A DNA stretch of 63,429 bases, the filler included, from Chiloscyllium plagiosum (Eukaryota), in NCBI RefSeq assembly GCF_004010195.1. It is 4 parts of one record of this genome, joined end to end, with 100 filler letters (N's around TTAATTAATTAA, not from the genome) between each part and the next. Parts side by side here need not be neighbours in the genome. Positions count along the whole stretch, not along the records: positions 36,607 to 60,662 come from NC_057711.1; positions 60,763 to 63,429 come from NC_057711.1; 2 more parts are not named here. One strand, 5' to 3'. Both the position numbers and the translations under genes were made by a program. Below are positions 48,598-61,310 of the stretch, piece by piece; within the stretch, counting starts at the first letter, position 1; every line of letters starts with the position of its first letter. The notes below the pieces were generated by a model that was not told where the DNA came from, did no database searches, and was given only the letters and a program-made list of their open reading frames with translations.

Positions 48598-50250
48598 TAG
48601 ACAATAGACAATAGGTGCAGGAGTAGGTCATTCGGCACTTCGAGCCAGCACCACCATTCATTATGATCATGACTGATCATCCTCAATCAGTATCCTGTTC
48701 CTGCCTTATCCCCATAATCCTTGATTCCACTATCTTTAAGAGCTCTATCCATCGCTTCCTTGAAAGTGGACTTGGCCTCCACTACCCTCCGGGGCAGAGC
48801 ATTCCATACACCCACCACTCTCTGGGTGAAGAAGTTTTTCCTCAATTCTGTTCTAAATGGCCTACCCCTTATTTTTAAACAGTGTCCTCTGGTTCTGGAC
48901 TTACCTATCAGCGTAAATATGCTTCCTGCCTCCAGAGTGTCCAATCCTTTAATAACCTTATATGTCTCAATCAGATCCCCACTCCTCCTTCTAAACTCAA
49001 GTCTATACAAGCCCAGTCGCTCCAATCTTTCAACATATGATAGTCCTGCCATTCCGGGATTTGACCTCATGAACCTACCCTGCACTCCCTCAATAGCCAG
49101 AATGTCCTTCCTCAAATTTGGAGATCAAAACTGCACACGATACTCCAGGTGCGGTCTAACCAGGGCCCTGTACAGCTGAAGGACCTCTTTACTCCTATAC
49201 TCAATTCCTCTTGTTATGAAGACCAGCATGCCATTAGCTTTCTTCACTGCTTGCTGTACCTGCATGCTTGCTTTCATTGACTAATGTACAAGAACACCTA
49301 GATCTCGTTGTACTTCCCCTTTATCTAACTTGACTGCATTTAGGTAGTAATCTGCCTTCCTATTCTTGCCACCAAAGTGGATAGCCACACATTTATCCAC
49401 ATTAAATTGCATCTGCCATGCATCTGTCCACTCACCTAGCCTGTCAAAGTCACCCTGTATTCTCATAGCATCCTCCTCACATTTCACCCTGCCATCCAGC
49501 TTTATGTCATCCGCAAATTTGCTAATATTACTTTTAATACCTTCATCTATATCATTAAGGTATATTGTAAACAGCTGCAGTCCCAGTACCGAACCTTGTG
49601 GTACTCCACTGATCACTGTCTGCCATTCCAAAAGGGACCCGTTTATCACTACTCTTTGCTTCCTGCCAGCCAGCCAATTTTCAATCCAAGTCAGTATTTT
49701 GCCCCCAATACCATGTGCCCTAACTTTGCTCTCTAATCTCCTATGTGGGCCTTTATCAAAGGCTTTCTGAAAGTCCAGGTACACTACATCCACTGTCTCT
49801 CCCTTGTCCATCTTCATAGTTACATCCTCACAAAATTCCAGAAGATTAGTCAAGCATGATTTCCCCTTCGTAAATCCATGCTTACTCTGATCTATCCTGT
49901 TACTACTATCCAGATGTGTTGTAATTTCATCTTTTATAATTGACTCCAGCATCTTGCCCACAACTGACGTCAGGCTAACTGGTCTATAATTCCCTGTTTT
50001 CTCTCTCCCTCCTTTCTTGAAAAGTGGGACAACATTAGCCACCCTCCAATCTGCAGGTAGTCTGATCCTGAATCTATAGAACATTGGAAAATGATTACCA
50101 ATACATCCCCGATTTCGAGAGCTACCTCCTTCAGTACCCTGGGATTCAGACCATCAGATCCCGGGGACTTATCAGCCTTCAGACCTAACAGTCTCTCCAA
50201 CGCCATTTCCTGCCTCATATAAATTCCCTTCAGTTCATCTATTACCCTTG
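48598..50250 (-). mobile_element. CR1 LINE, 5'-truncated, well-preserved RT
   Basis: 267-aa ORF with 'NYRPVSLTSVVGK', 'YLDFQKAFDK', 'GVPQGSVLG', 'FADD'; (TAGACAA)n tail at 48598. Confidence 0.96.
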
Positions 50251-50355
50251 GTAATGTTTAACGTCCATCAAAGGGAAACAGAAGATAAAGGATTTCAACC
50301 ATATGTAAAAGACTAAATGCGCAAAATCAATGATTAACCTATCAACATTTCACAA

Positions 50356-50480
50356 CCACCTGATGAAGGAGCAGCACTCCAAAAGCTAGTGCTTCCAAAT
50401 AAACCTGTTGGACTATAACCTGGTGTTGTGTGATTTTTAACTTGGTACACCCCAGTCCAACACCAGCGACTCCAAATCAT
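50356..50480 (+). mobile_element. Family B PLE terminus with decayed hammerhead
   Basis: cac-CTGATGA-a-GGAG-cagca-CTCC-AAAA-gcta-gtg at 50357-50391. Confidence 0.8.
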
Positions 50481-50532
50481 GCATTCAAAATGTTAGTTAT
50501 TCATTGGATCATTTTTTTCTTTATCTTTTAAT

Positions 50533-50837
50533 GGGTGGCACGGCGGTTAGCACTGCTGCCTTACAGCGCCAGAGACCTGGGTTCAATTCCCGCCTCAGGC
50601 AACTGTCTGTGTGGAGTTTGCACATTCTCCTCGTGTCTGCGTGGGTTTCCTCCGGGTGCTCCGGTTTCCTCCCACAGTCCAAAAATGTGCAGGTTAGGTG
50701 AGTTGGCCATGCTAAATTGCCCATAGTGTTTGGTGAAGGGAAATGTAGGGGAATGGGTCTGGGTGGGTTGCTCTTCGGAGGGACTTGTTGGGCCAAAAGG
50801 CCTGTTTCCACACTCTTAGGGAATCTAATCTCTAATC
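50533..50837 (+). mobile_element. HE1-type SINE, near full length
   Basis: tRNA head, V-domain, AATCT tail. Confidence 0.92.
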
Positions 50838-50839
50838 TT

Positions 50840-51910
50840 TTTTTTTGGCAGCCACCTTAAATCGGCATTCTCTGACTCTTGATGCTTTCGCCAATTTTGT
50901 ACCTCTTTCTCTATCCAAAGAGCTCTGCATTTATTTGTCCAAACATTTCCCCTCAAGAGAACTTATCTTGACTGTACTTAAGTTACCTCCTCGTTGAAAG
51001 CTGGCCTGTTGTTAGTTACAGTTTAGTTTACCAATCTTTAAATGCACTTTATGTAGACCAGATTGATTTCACTTCATTAGTTTACATCCCCCAACTGGTT
51101 ACTCTTAATCAGAATTACTTGCTTCTCAGGCCTTTCCATAGCTAACCTAAACCCTACTAAATAATAACCACTATTTTCGAAATGTTTCCAACTGTTTCCT
51201 GATTCACCTAATCCACCTCAATCTCAAGAACTCGTCCAGCGATGCCTGTTTTCTTATTGGATTAAACATATACCAATGTAGAAAATTCTTCTTTAAGCTC
51301 TAAGGGAATTCCTGCCCTTTTCTCCCCTGTATACATCCCAGTTTATATTTGAATATTAGGTTACTATAATCCTAGAATTCTTGCACTCTTCCGCAATTTC
51401 CTTACAAGTGTGTACCTCTGCAACTTTCCTATGAGTTGGTCGCTGATAAATTACATTGAACGATGTAATTGCACATTTTTGTTCATTGGTTCTAGCTAAG
51501 TCAATTTTTTTCCTTGACCTCTCTGCGACATCATCTCTCTCTAGCGCTGCAATGTTTTCCTTGAACAATACTGCCCACACCTCTTGTTTTCATAACTTCC
51601 CTAACTTGATCTTTCCTGGACGTATTCTATTGAAGAATATTTAATACTTTGTTCTGCCTCATCTTTGAACCAGGACTCTGTATCCACCACTACATCACAT
51701 TTCCACATGGATATCTGCAATGGTTACTCACTGATCTTATTTACCACGATCCATGCATTCAACTACACAGGCAGTAACCTTGTCTTTATTATTTTTATTC
51801 TTTCTCTGATCTCATTTATTTCATTCTCTTGTGCCATCTGTCTCTCAAATATTCTTGCAATTTCTCTTGAATATTGACATCTGATTCTCAGACCACTGCC
51901 AAACTAAATG
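50840..51910 (-). mobile_element. Old CR1 APE-region remnant
   Basis: 'VIYQRP...EIAEECKNSRII' remnant; heavily decayed. Confidence 0.6.
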
Positions 51911-52904
51911 TAGAGAAGGGGATACGGTCTCGGGATATGGCGTAGACCAATTTGAACTAAGCTGAGCAAGCACTTCTTCACTCAAAGAGTAGTGAATCTG
52001 TAGAATTCTCCACCACAAGACACTGTATAAAACCAAGAAAGAAATACATTTTTGGGGGCTTTAAAAGTACTAAGTGATACGGGGAGAAAGCAGGAAGATA
52101 GAAGTGAAATAGAGCATTAGCTATGATCATATTCAATGATAAGCAGGTTTGAAGGGCCAAATGGCCTACTCTCTTAGTTTCTATGTTTCTGTATAAATCC
52201 TAATTTCTGCATAGCGCAGGTTTGTTCATTTGACAGATAATGAAGATCTTAATCCGAGATGCCTGGGGTCCCACATTGGGTGATGATTTTTTTCAAAGCA
52301 CTTTATTTTTCCAAAATGCTGAACTATGTTGGTGGTGATAAAAGGCCCATGTTATGGGTACAAATGTCTGTAGTAGAGAGGAGGAGATGCTGGATGTCTT
52401 AAAATGCATAAAAGTGGATAAATTTCCAGGACCTGATCAGGTGTACCCTAGAACTCTGTGGGAAGCTAGGGAAGTGATTACTGGTCCCCTTGCTGAGATA
52501 TTTGTATTATCGATAGCCCCAATGAAGTGTTTGAACACTGGAGTTTGGCTAACGTGGTACCACTATTTAAGAAAAATGGTAAGAAAAAGCTAAGAACTGT
52601 AGACCAGTGAGCCTATTATCAATGGTGGGCAAGTTGTTGGAGGGATCCTGATGGACAGAATTTACATGTATTTCAAAAGGCAAACACTGATTAGGGACAG
52701 TCAGTAGGGTTTGCGCATAGGAAATCATGTCTCATGAACTTAATTGAGATTTTTCGAAGAAGTAATGAAGAGGATTGATGAGGGCAGAGAGGAATGTGAT
52801 CTTTATAGACTTCAGTAAGGCTTTCGATAAGGTTTTGCATGGTAGACTATTTAACAAGGTTAGATCACATCAAATACAGGGAGAACTAACCATTTGGATA
52901 CAGA

Positions 52905-53729
52905 GGTAAAAACAATAACTGCAGATGCTGGAAACCAGATTCTGGATCAGTAATGCTGGAAGAGCACAGCAATTCAGGCAGCATCCAACGAGCAGCGAAA
53001 TCGACATTTCGGGCAAGGGCCATTCATCAGGAATAAAGCCAGAGAGCTTGAAGTGTGGAGAGATAAGCTAGGGGAGGGTGGGGGTGGGGAGAGAGTAGCA
53101 TAGAGTACAATGGGTGAGTGGGGGAGGAGATGAAGGTGATAGGTCAGGGAGGAGAGGGTGGAGTGGATAGGTGGAAAAGGACTTGGATAGAGGTGAGGGA
53201 GGAGGTGTGGGCGCAGCCCTAAAGGAGCCTTCCACAGTAAAACCTGCGCCCACACCTCCTCCCTCACCTCTATCCAAGGCCCTAAAGGAGCCTTCCACAT
53301 CCATCAAAGTTTTACCTGCACATCCACCAATATCATTTATTGTATCCATTGCTCGCGATGTGGTCTCCTCTACATTGGGAGACTGGGTGCCTCCTAGCAG
53401 AGCGCTTTAGGGAACATCTCCAAGACACCCGCACCAATCAACCAAACCGCCCCGTGGCCCAACATTTCAACTCCCCTTCCCACTCTGCCGAGGACATGGA
53501 GGTCCTGGGCCTCCTTCACCGCCGCTCCCTCACCACCAGACGCGCTCCCCCACTCACTCATTGTACTCTATGCTACTCTCTCCCCACCCCCACCCTCCCC
53601 TTGCTTATCTCTCCACACTTCAGGCTCTCTGCCTTTATTCCTGATGAAGGGCTTTTGCCTGAAACATCGATTTCGCTGCTCGTTGGATGCTGCCTGAATT
53701 GCTGTGCTCTTCCAGCACCACTGATCCAG
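52905..53729. mobile_element. Family A PLE with inverted pLTRs and GIY-YIG fragment; perfect 14-bp TSD
   Basis: TSD catttggatacaga at 52891-52904 and 53730-53743; 'LAERFREHLQDTRTNQPNRPVAQHFNSPSHS'; hammerheads at about 52999-53034 (-) and 53637-53672 (+). Confidence 0.93.
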
Positions 53730-53889
53730 CATTTGGATACAGAACTGGCTCAAAGGTAGGAGATAGAGGGTGGTGCTGGAGGCCTGTGACCAGTCGTGTG
53801 CCTCAAGGATCAGTATTGGGTCCATTGCTTTTTGTCATTTGCATAAATGATTTGGATGTGAATATAGGAGGAATGATGAGGAAGCATGC

Positions 53890-54265
53890 GGGGTGTCAGG
53901 GTGGCTCAGTGGTTAGCACTGTTGCCTCACAACGCCAGGGTCCTGGGTTCAATTCCAGCCTTGGGTGATTGTCTGTGTGGAGTTTGCACATTCTCCCTGT
54001 GTCTGTGTGGGTTTCCTCTGGGTGCTCGGGTTTCTTCCCACTGTCCAAAGATGTGCAGGTTGGGTGGATTGGCCATGCTAAATTGCCCTGTAGTGTCCAA
54101 GGATGTGTAGGTTAGGTGGATTAACTGTGGGAAATGCAGGGTTGTAGGTTGTTGGGGGGAGGGGGGAGGGGGTTGCTGAGTCTGCTTGTGATGCTCTTTG
54201 GAGAGTTGGTGTGGGCTTTTTGCACTGAATGGTCTGTTTCTACAATATAGGATTCTATGATTCTA
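53890..54265 (+). mobile_element. HE1-type SINE
   Basis: tRNA head, V-domain, (ATTCTATG) tail. Confidence 0.9.
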
Positions 54266-54653
54266 TGGGCACCAAAATTGGAGGTATAGTGGACAGCCAA
54301 GAAGGTTACCTCAGAGTACAACAGGACCTTGATCTAGAGTGTGGAGAGGTAGCAGATGGAATTTAATTTAGGTAAATGTGCGGTGCTGCATTTTTGAAAG
54401 ACAAATCAGGACAGGACTTTTACATTTAATGGTAAAGTCTTTGGAAGTGTTATTCAACAAAGACACCTTAGAGTGCAGGTTCATAGTTCCTTGAAAGTAG
54501 AGTCACAGGTCGACAGGATAGTGAAGAAGGTCTTTGGTATGCTTGTCTTTATTGGTCAGTCTTTTGAGCATAGTGGTTGGGAGGCCATGTTGTGGCCATA
54601 CAGGACATTGAATAGTGCATTCAATTCTGGCTCCTGGCTATAGGAAAGATATT

Positions 54654-56623
54654 AGAGAATTTGAGAAGATTTGTAGTTCAGGTTAAGGTTCTGGATGTAG
54701 GTTTCCTTGCTGACCTGGAAGGTTTATGTTCAGACATTTCATCACCATACTAGGTAACATCTTCAGTGAGCCTCTGGATGATGTATTGCTGATGATTCCT
54801 ACTTCCTACTTATTTGTTTGGGTTTCTTTGGGTTGGTGATCTCATTTCCTGTGGTGATGTCATTTCCTGTTTTTTTTCTCAGGGGTTGGTAAATCGGGTC
54901 CAAGTCAATGTGTTTGTTGATAGAGTTCTGGTTGGAATGCCATGCTTCTAGGGATTCTCATGAATGTCTCTGTCTGGATGGATGTGTTGTCCCAGTCGAA
55001 GTGGTGTCCTTCCTCATCTGTATGTAAGGATATTAGTGAGAGAGGATCATGTCATTTTGTGGCTAGTTGGTGTTCATGTATCCTGGTGGCTAGTTTTCTG
55101 CCTGTTTGTCCAATGTAGTATTTGTTACAGTTCTTGCACGGTATTTTGTAAATGACATTAGTTTTGCTTGTTTTCTGTATGGGATCTTTCAAGTTCATTA
55201 GCTGCTGTTTTAGTGCGTTGGTAGGTTCATGGGCTACCGTAATGCCAAGGGGTCTGAGTAGTCTGGCAGTCATTTCTGAGATGTGTTTGATGTAGGGGAG
55301 ATTGGCTAGGGTTTCTGGGCGTGTTTTGTCTGCTTGTTTGGGTTTGTTGCTGAGAAATCTGTGGACTGTGTTCATTGGGTACCTGTTCTTTTTGAATACA
55401 CTGTCAAGGTGATTTTCCTCTGCTCTGTGTAGTTCCTCTGTGCTGCAGTGTGTGGTGGCTTGTTGGAATAATGTTCTGATGCAGCTTCATTTGTGGATGT
55501 TGGGGTGATTGCTTCTGTAGTTCAATATTTGCTCTGTATGTGTTGTTTTCGTGGAAATGCTGGTTTGAAGTTCTCCATTGGCTGTTCGCTCTATTGTGAC
55601 ATCTAGGAATGGCAGTTTGTTGTTGTTTTCCTCCCCTTTAGTGAATTTTATGGCAGTGAGGGGTCTTGAAGGTTTCCTCTAATTTGTTTCGTTTCGTGAT
55701 GACAAAGGTGTCATCCACGTAGCGGACCTAAAGTTTGGGTTGGATGGTTGGCAGAGCTGTTTATTCAAGTCTCTGCATTACTGCCTCTGCTAAGAACCCT
55801 GATATCAGAGAACCCATGTGTGTTCTGTTGGTTTGTCTGTAGGTTTTGTTGTTGAAGATGAAGTGGGTGGTAAGACATAGGTCCATTAGCTTGACCATAT
55901 TCTTCTTGCTGATGAAGTTGGTGGTGTTTGGTATGTGTGTCTTTGGGTCTTCTAATAGTGTAGTCAGTGTTTCCTTGGCCAGGTTAATGTTGATGTAGAA
56001 ACCCTCACCACTCTCCCCTAATCAAAGACATCTTGGAAATGACTGCCAGACTACTCAGACCCCTTATCATCATGGTAGCCCACAAACCCACCAACGCACT
56101 AAAACAGCAGCTAATGATCTTGAAAGACCCTATACAAACAACAAGCAAAACTAATGTAATTTACAAAATACCGTGCAAAGACTGTAACAAACACTACATT
56201 TGACAAACAGGCAGAAAACTAGCCACCAGGATACATGAACATCAACTAGCCATAAAACAACATGACCCTCTCTCACTGATATCCTTACATACAGATGAGG
56301 AAGGACACACTTCGACTGGGACAACACATCCATCCTTGGACAAGCCAAACAGAGACATACACAAGAATGCCTAGAAGCATGACATTCCAACCGGAACTCT
56401 ATCAACAAACACATTGACTTGGACCCAATTTAGCAACCCCTGAGAAAAAGAACAGGAAATGACATCACTATAGGAAATTACATCACCAACCCAAAGAAAA
56501 ATATAAATAAGTAGCAGGAATCATCAGCAATACTTCGTCCAGAGGCTCACTGAAGATGTTACCTAGTATGGTGACGAAACGTCTGAACATAAACTTTCCA
56601 GCTTAGCGAGCAAACCTACATCC
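54654..56623 (-). mobile_element. Penelope-like family C (Poseidon/Penelope-type): RT + GIY-YIG on the minus strand with an inverted ~620-bp terminal copy (55998-56623); 14-bp TSD
   Basis: 'NVIYKIPCKNCNKYYIGQTGRKLATRIHEH' GIY-YIG; RT 'RYVDDTF' at about 55705-55725 (-); TSD ataggaaagatatt at 54640-54653 and 56624-56637. Confidence 0.93.
56547..56586 (+). ncRNA. Minimal hammerhead ribozyme motif (family C, intact); CpG-decayed partner at 54730-54769 (-)
   Basis: TCA-CTGAAGA-t-GTTACC-tagtat-GGTGAC-GAAA-C-GTC-TGA: stem I TCA/TGA, 6-bp stem II, GUC triplet. Confidence 0.8.
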
Positions 56624-58864
56624 ATAGGAAAGATATTGTGAAACTTGAAAGGATTCATAAAAGATTTACAAGGATATTAGGAGAAAGTGAGGACTATAGA
56701 TGCTGGAGAGTCAGAGTTCATAAAGTGTAGCACTGGAAAAAGCATAGCAGATCAGGCAGTATCTGAGTAGCAAGAGAATCGATGGTTCTGGCACAACCCT
56801 TCTTCAGGACTGGCTTGCTCCTGAGATTCTGTCTGACCTGCTATGTTTTTTCCAGTGCCATGCTTTCCAAGAATATTGCCAGGGTTGGAGAGTTTGAGCT
56901 CTCGGGAGAGGCTGAGTAGTTTGGGGCTGTTTTCCCTAGTCTTGGAGGCTGAGGGGTGACCGTATAGAGGTTTATAAAATCATGAGGGGCATAGATAGGA
57001 TGACTAGTCAAGGTCTTTTCCCCAGCATAATGGAGTTCAGAACTAGAGGGCATAGGTTTAAGGTGAGAGGGGAAAGATTTAAAAGGGACCTAATGGACAA
57101 CGTTCTCATGCAGAGGGTGGTGTGTGTATGGAATGAGCTGCCAGAGGAGAGGTGGGTGGAGGCTGGTACAATTATAATCTTTAACAGGCATCTGGATGGG
57201 TATTTGAATAGGAAGGGTTTAGAGGGATATGGGCCAAATACTGGGAAATTATACAATGTTTTTCTGTTTTCTCTAGAATTTAGAAGTGATCTAATCATAG
57301 TTGTCAAGATATTAACAAAAAAAAACATGGTAGATAAAGATAAATTGTTTCCACTGGTTGGAGATTCTAGAAATGGGGACATATCTGAAAGTTAGAGCCA
57401 GACTGTTCATGAGGGATCATAGAAAGCACTTCTATAGACAAAGGACGGTAGTTGTTTGGAATTCTCTTCCACAAATGGCAGTAGCCAATCGATCAGTTGT
57501 CAATTTTAAATCTGAGACAGATAATGTTTTGTTAAGCAGAGGTATCAAGGGATATGAGGAATGGCAGACATATGGAATTATGCCATAGATCAGCCATGTT
57601 CACATTGGGTGGCGGTGCAGACTCAAGGGGCTAAATGATCTACTCCTGTTCTTATGTTCCCTGGGGCTCTCCACTAGTTACAGTTTGCTATTCTAAAAAT
57701 ACTGCCTCATCAATTCTCTGTCTTCAATTAGTTAGCCAATCCTCTACCCATGCTGGTATATCAATGCCAACATTATGGGATTATCTGTTACCTTGGTAAT
57801 GGATGTCTTTTGGAAATCCCAATATATTATATCCCCTGCTTCCCCTTTATCTATGTTGCTTGTTACCTCCTTAAAAAAATTCTGATTTTCCCTTCATGAA
57901 GCCATGTTGACTCTGCCTATTGATATTATACTATTACATACTTCATAATACTCTGACATATTCCCAAAAACAGACATTAAGCTTCCTGATCTTTGGTTAC
58001 CTGATCGTTTTTCTCTATCACTCCTTGTATAAAGCTTTTACATTACTGGTAGCCCAAACCTCTGGGATAGTTCAAGAATCGTAAGATTCTTGAAGGATTA
58101 CTATCTGTACCTGTCTCTGCAGTTACTTTAGTTAAAATGTTTTGGATGCAACCCATTAGGAGGTGATTACCTAGTTGGTGGACTGTCTTATGGCGGATGA
58201 TGGAATTTGAATTCAGCAAAGAAAGTCTGGAATGAAGACTCTCTAATTATGAACATGAATACATTGCTAATTGTCTGAAAGAACCATCTGGTTCACTAAT
58301 GTTGTTTAGGGAAGGAAACTGCCATCCTTGCCTGGTCTGGCCTACATGTGACTTCAGATCCACAGCAATGTGGTTAATGCTTAGCTGCCCACTGGGCTAC
58401 TAAGGATAGGCAATAAATGCTGGCCTAGCCAGTGACATCCTCATCCTCTGAAGGAATTTAAAGAAAAGGTCCAGGAGGTATATAGGTCTTGAGACTCAGT
58501 TTCTCAAATATATTTTTCTCTAAGCATAGTTGTTGTAGTTTTGGAATGCTATTACTGTCTGTGGAGATTAATGTTCTACTCACTTCCTGGTTCTCCATTA
58601 CTATTTCCCCAGCATAGAGATCTAAGGGGCCTAAGTTCACTTTGGCTCTCTCTTCCTTTTTATATATTTAAAGAAGCTCTTACTGTCTGTGTTTATGTTA
58701 CTTGCTAGCCTGCTTTCATAGTTTATTTTCTCTCTCCTTATATTTCTTTTGATTATCTTTTGTTGGCTTTTAACACTTTGCCAATCCTGAGATTTAAAAT
58801 TAATCTTTGCCACATTGAATCTTTTTTCTTTCAATTTGATATTATGCATAACTTCCCTGGTTAA

Positions 58865-60525
58865 CATAGAACATAGAACATTAGAGTGCAGTACAGGCCC
58901 TTCGGCCCTCGATGTTGCATCAACCTGTCAAACCAATCTGAAGCCCATCTAACCTACGCTATTCCATTTTCATCCATATGTCTATCTAATGACCATTTAA
59001 ATGCCCTTAAAGTTAGCAATTCTACTATTGTTGCAGGCAGTGTGATCCACGCCCCCTACAAATCTCTGGGTAAAAAACTATCTCTGACATATGATCTGTA
59101 TCTATCACCCCTCAATTTAAAGCTATGTCCCCTCGTGCTAGCCATCACCATCACCATCTCACTGTCCACCCTATCTAACCTAATTCTTATCTTGTCTGTC
59201 TCGATTAAGTCACCTCTCAACCTTCTACTCTCTAACAAACTCAGCTTCAAGTCCCTCAGCCTTTCCTCACAAGACCTTCCCTCCACACCAGGCAACATCC
59301 GAGTAAATCTCCTCTGAATCCTTTCCAAAGCTTCCACATCCTTCCTATAATGTAGTGACGAGACTTGTACACAATACTCCAAGTGCAGTCACACCTGCGT
59401 TTTGTACAGCTGCAGCATGACCTTGTGGCTCCAAAACTCAATACTTCTATTAATAAAGCTAACACACCATATGCCTTCTTAAAAACCCGATCAACCTGGG
59501 TGGCCACTTTCAGGAATCTATGTACATGGACACCGAGATCTCTCTGCTCATCTACACTACCAAGAATCTTACCATTAGACCTTTATTCTTTATTCCTGTT
59601 CCTCCTTCCAAACTGATTCACCTCGCACTTTTCCACATTAAATTCCATTTGCCACCTCTCAGCCCAGGTCTGCAGCTTATCCAAATCCCTCTGTAACCTA
59701 CAACATCCTTCAGTACTGTCCACAACTCCACCAATCTTTGTGTCATCCACAAATCTACTAACCCATCCTTCTACACCCTCATCCAGATAATTTATAAAAA
59801 TGACAAACAGCAGTGGCCCCACAACAGATACTTGTGGTACACCACTAGAAACTGAACTCCAGGATGAATATTTCCCATCAGCCATCACCCTCTATCTTCT
59901 TTCAGCTAGCCAAGCTCTGATCCAAACCGCTAAATCACCCTCAATCACATGCATCTGTATTTTGTACAATAGTCTACCGCAGGGAACCTTATTAAATACA
60001 TTACTGAAATCCATATACACCACATCAACTGCTTTACCCTCATCCACCTGTTTGGTCACCATCTCAAAGAACTCAATAAGGTTTGTGAGGCATGACTTAC
60101 CCTTCACAAATCCATGTTGACTATCCCTAATCAACTTATTCCTCTCTAGATGACTATAAATCTGATCTCTTATAAACCTTTCCAACATTTTACCAACAAC
60201 TGAAGAAAAGCTCACTGGTCTATAATTACCAGAGTTGTCTCTACTCCCATTCTTGAACAAGGGGACAGCATTTGCTATCCTCCAGTCTTGTGGCACTATT
60301 CCTGTAGACAATGGCGACATAAAGATCAAAATCAAAGACTCTGCAATCTCCTTCCCAGAGAATCCTAGGATAAATTCCATCTGACCCAGGGGACTTATCT
60401 ATTTTCACACTTTCGTGGGCCGAATTACTAACATCTCCTCCTTGTGAATGTCAATGCCATCTAGTCTAGTAGCCTGTATCTCAGTATTCTCCTCAACAAC
60501 ATTTTCTTTTTCCAGTGTGAAACTG
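58865..60525 (-). mobile_element. CR1/HER1 LINE RT to tail
   Basis: 'NYRPVSFSSVVGK', 'GVPQVSVVGPLLF', 'FVDDTKIGG' and (CATAGAA)n tail. Confidence 0.95.
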
Positions 60526-60662
60526 ACAAGACACAGTCATTTAGAACATAGAACAATACAGTACAGAACAGGCCCTTCGGCCCACGATGTTGTGCTGAAC
60601 ATTTGTCCTAGCTTAAGCACCTATCCATGTACCTATCCAATTGCCGCTTAAAGGTCACCAAT

Positions 60663-60762
60663 NNNNNNNNNNNNNNNNNNNNNNNNNNNNNNNNNNNNNN
60701 NNNNNNTTAATTAATTAANNNNNNNNNNNNNNNNNNNNNNNNNNNNNNNNNNNNNNNNNNNN
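60663..60762. other. Artificial 100-bp linker
   Basis: N44-TTAATTAATTAA-N44. Confidence 0.97.
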
Positions 60763-61310
60763 TTGGAATATTGCGTGCAATTCTGGTCTCCTTCCTATCG
60801 GAAAGATGTTGTGAAACTTGAAAGGGTTCAGAAAAGATTTACAAAGATGTTGCCAGGGTTGGAGGATCTGAGCTACAGGGAGAGACTGAACAGGCTGGGG
60901 CTGTTTTCCCTGGAGCGTCGGAGGCGAAGGGGTGACCTTATAGAGGTTTACAAAATTGAGGGGCATGGATAAGATAAATAGACAAAGTCTTTTCCCTGGG
61001 GTCGAGGAGTCCAGAACTAGAGGGCATAGGTTTAGGGTGAGAGGGGAAAGATATGAATGAGACACACTGGGCAACTTTTTGACGCAGAGGGTGGTACATG
61101 TATGGAATGAGCTGCCAGAGGAAGTGGTGGAGGCTTGTTCAATTGCAACATTTAAAAGACATTTGGATGGGTATACAAATTGGAAGGGTTTGGAGGGATA
61201 TGGGCCGGGTGCTGTCAGGTGGGACTAGGTTGGGTTGGCATATCTGGTCGGCATGGACAGGTTGGACCGAAAGGTCTGTTTCCATGCTGTACACCTCTAT
61301 GACTATGACT
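60763..61310 (+). mobile_element. CR1/HER1 LINE 3' end
   Basis: '[31 protein letters not shown]' and tail. Confidence 0.93.

Larger units (their letters stand above)
52370..57250 (+). mobile_element. CR1 LINE split by four nested insertions
   Basis: CR1 segments 52370-52904, 53730-53885, 54265-54653, 56624-56677 and 56865-57250 are collinear. Confidence 0.88.

Noticed and set aside
49281..50084. Active or domesticated reverse transcriptase gene
   Set aside because: 5'-truncated CR1 with frameshifts and a stop either side of the 267-aa ORF
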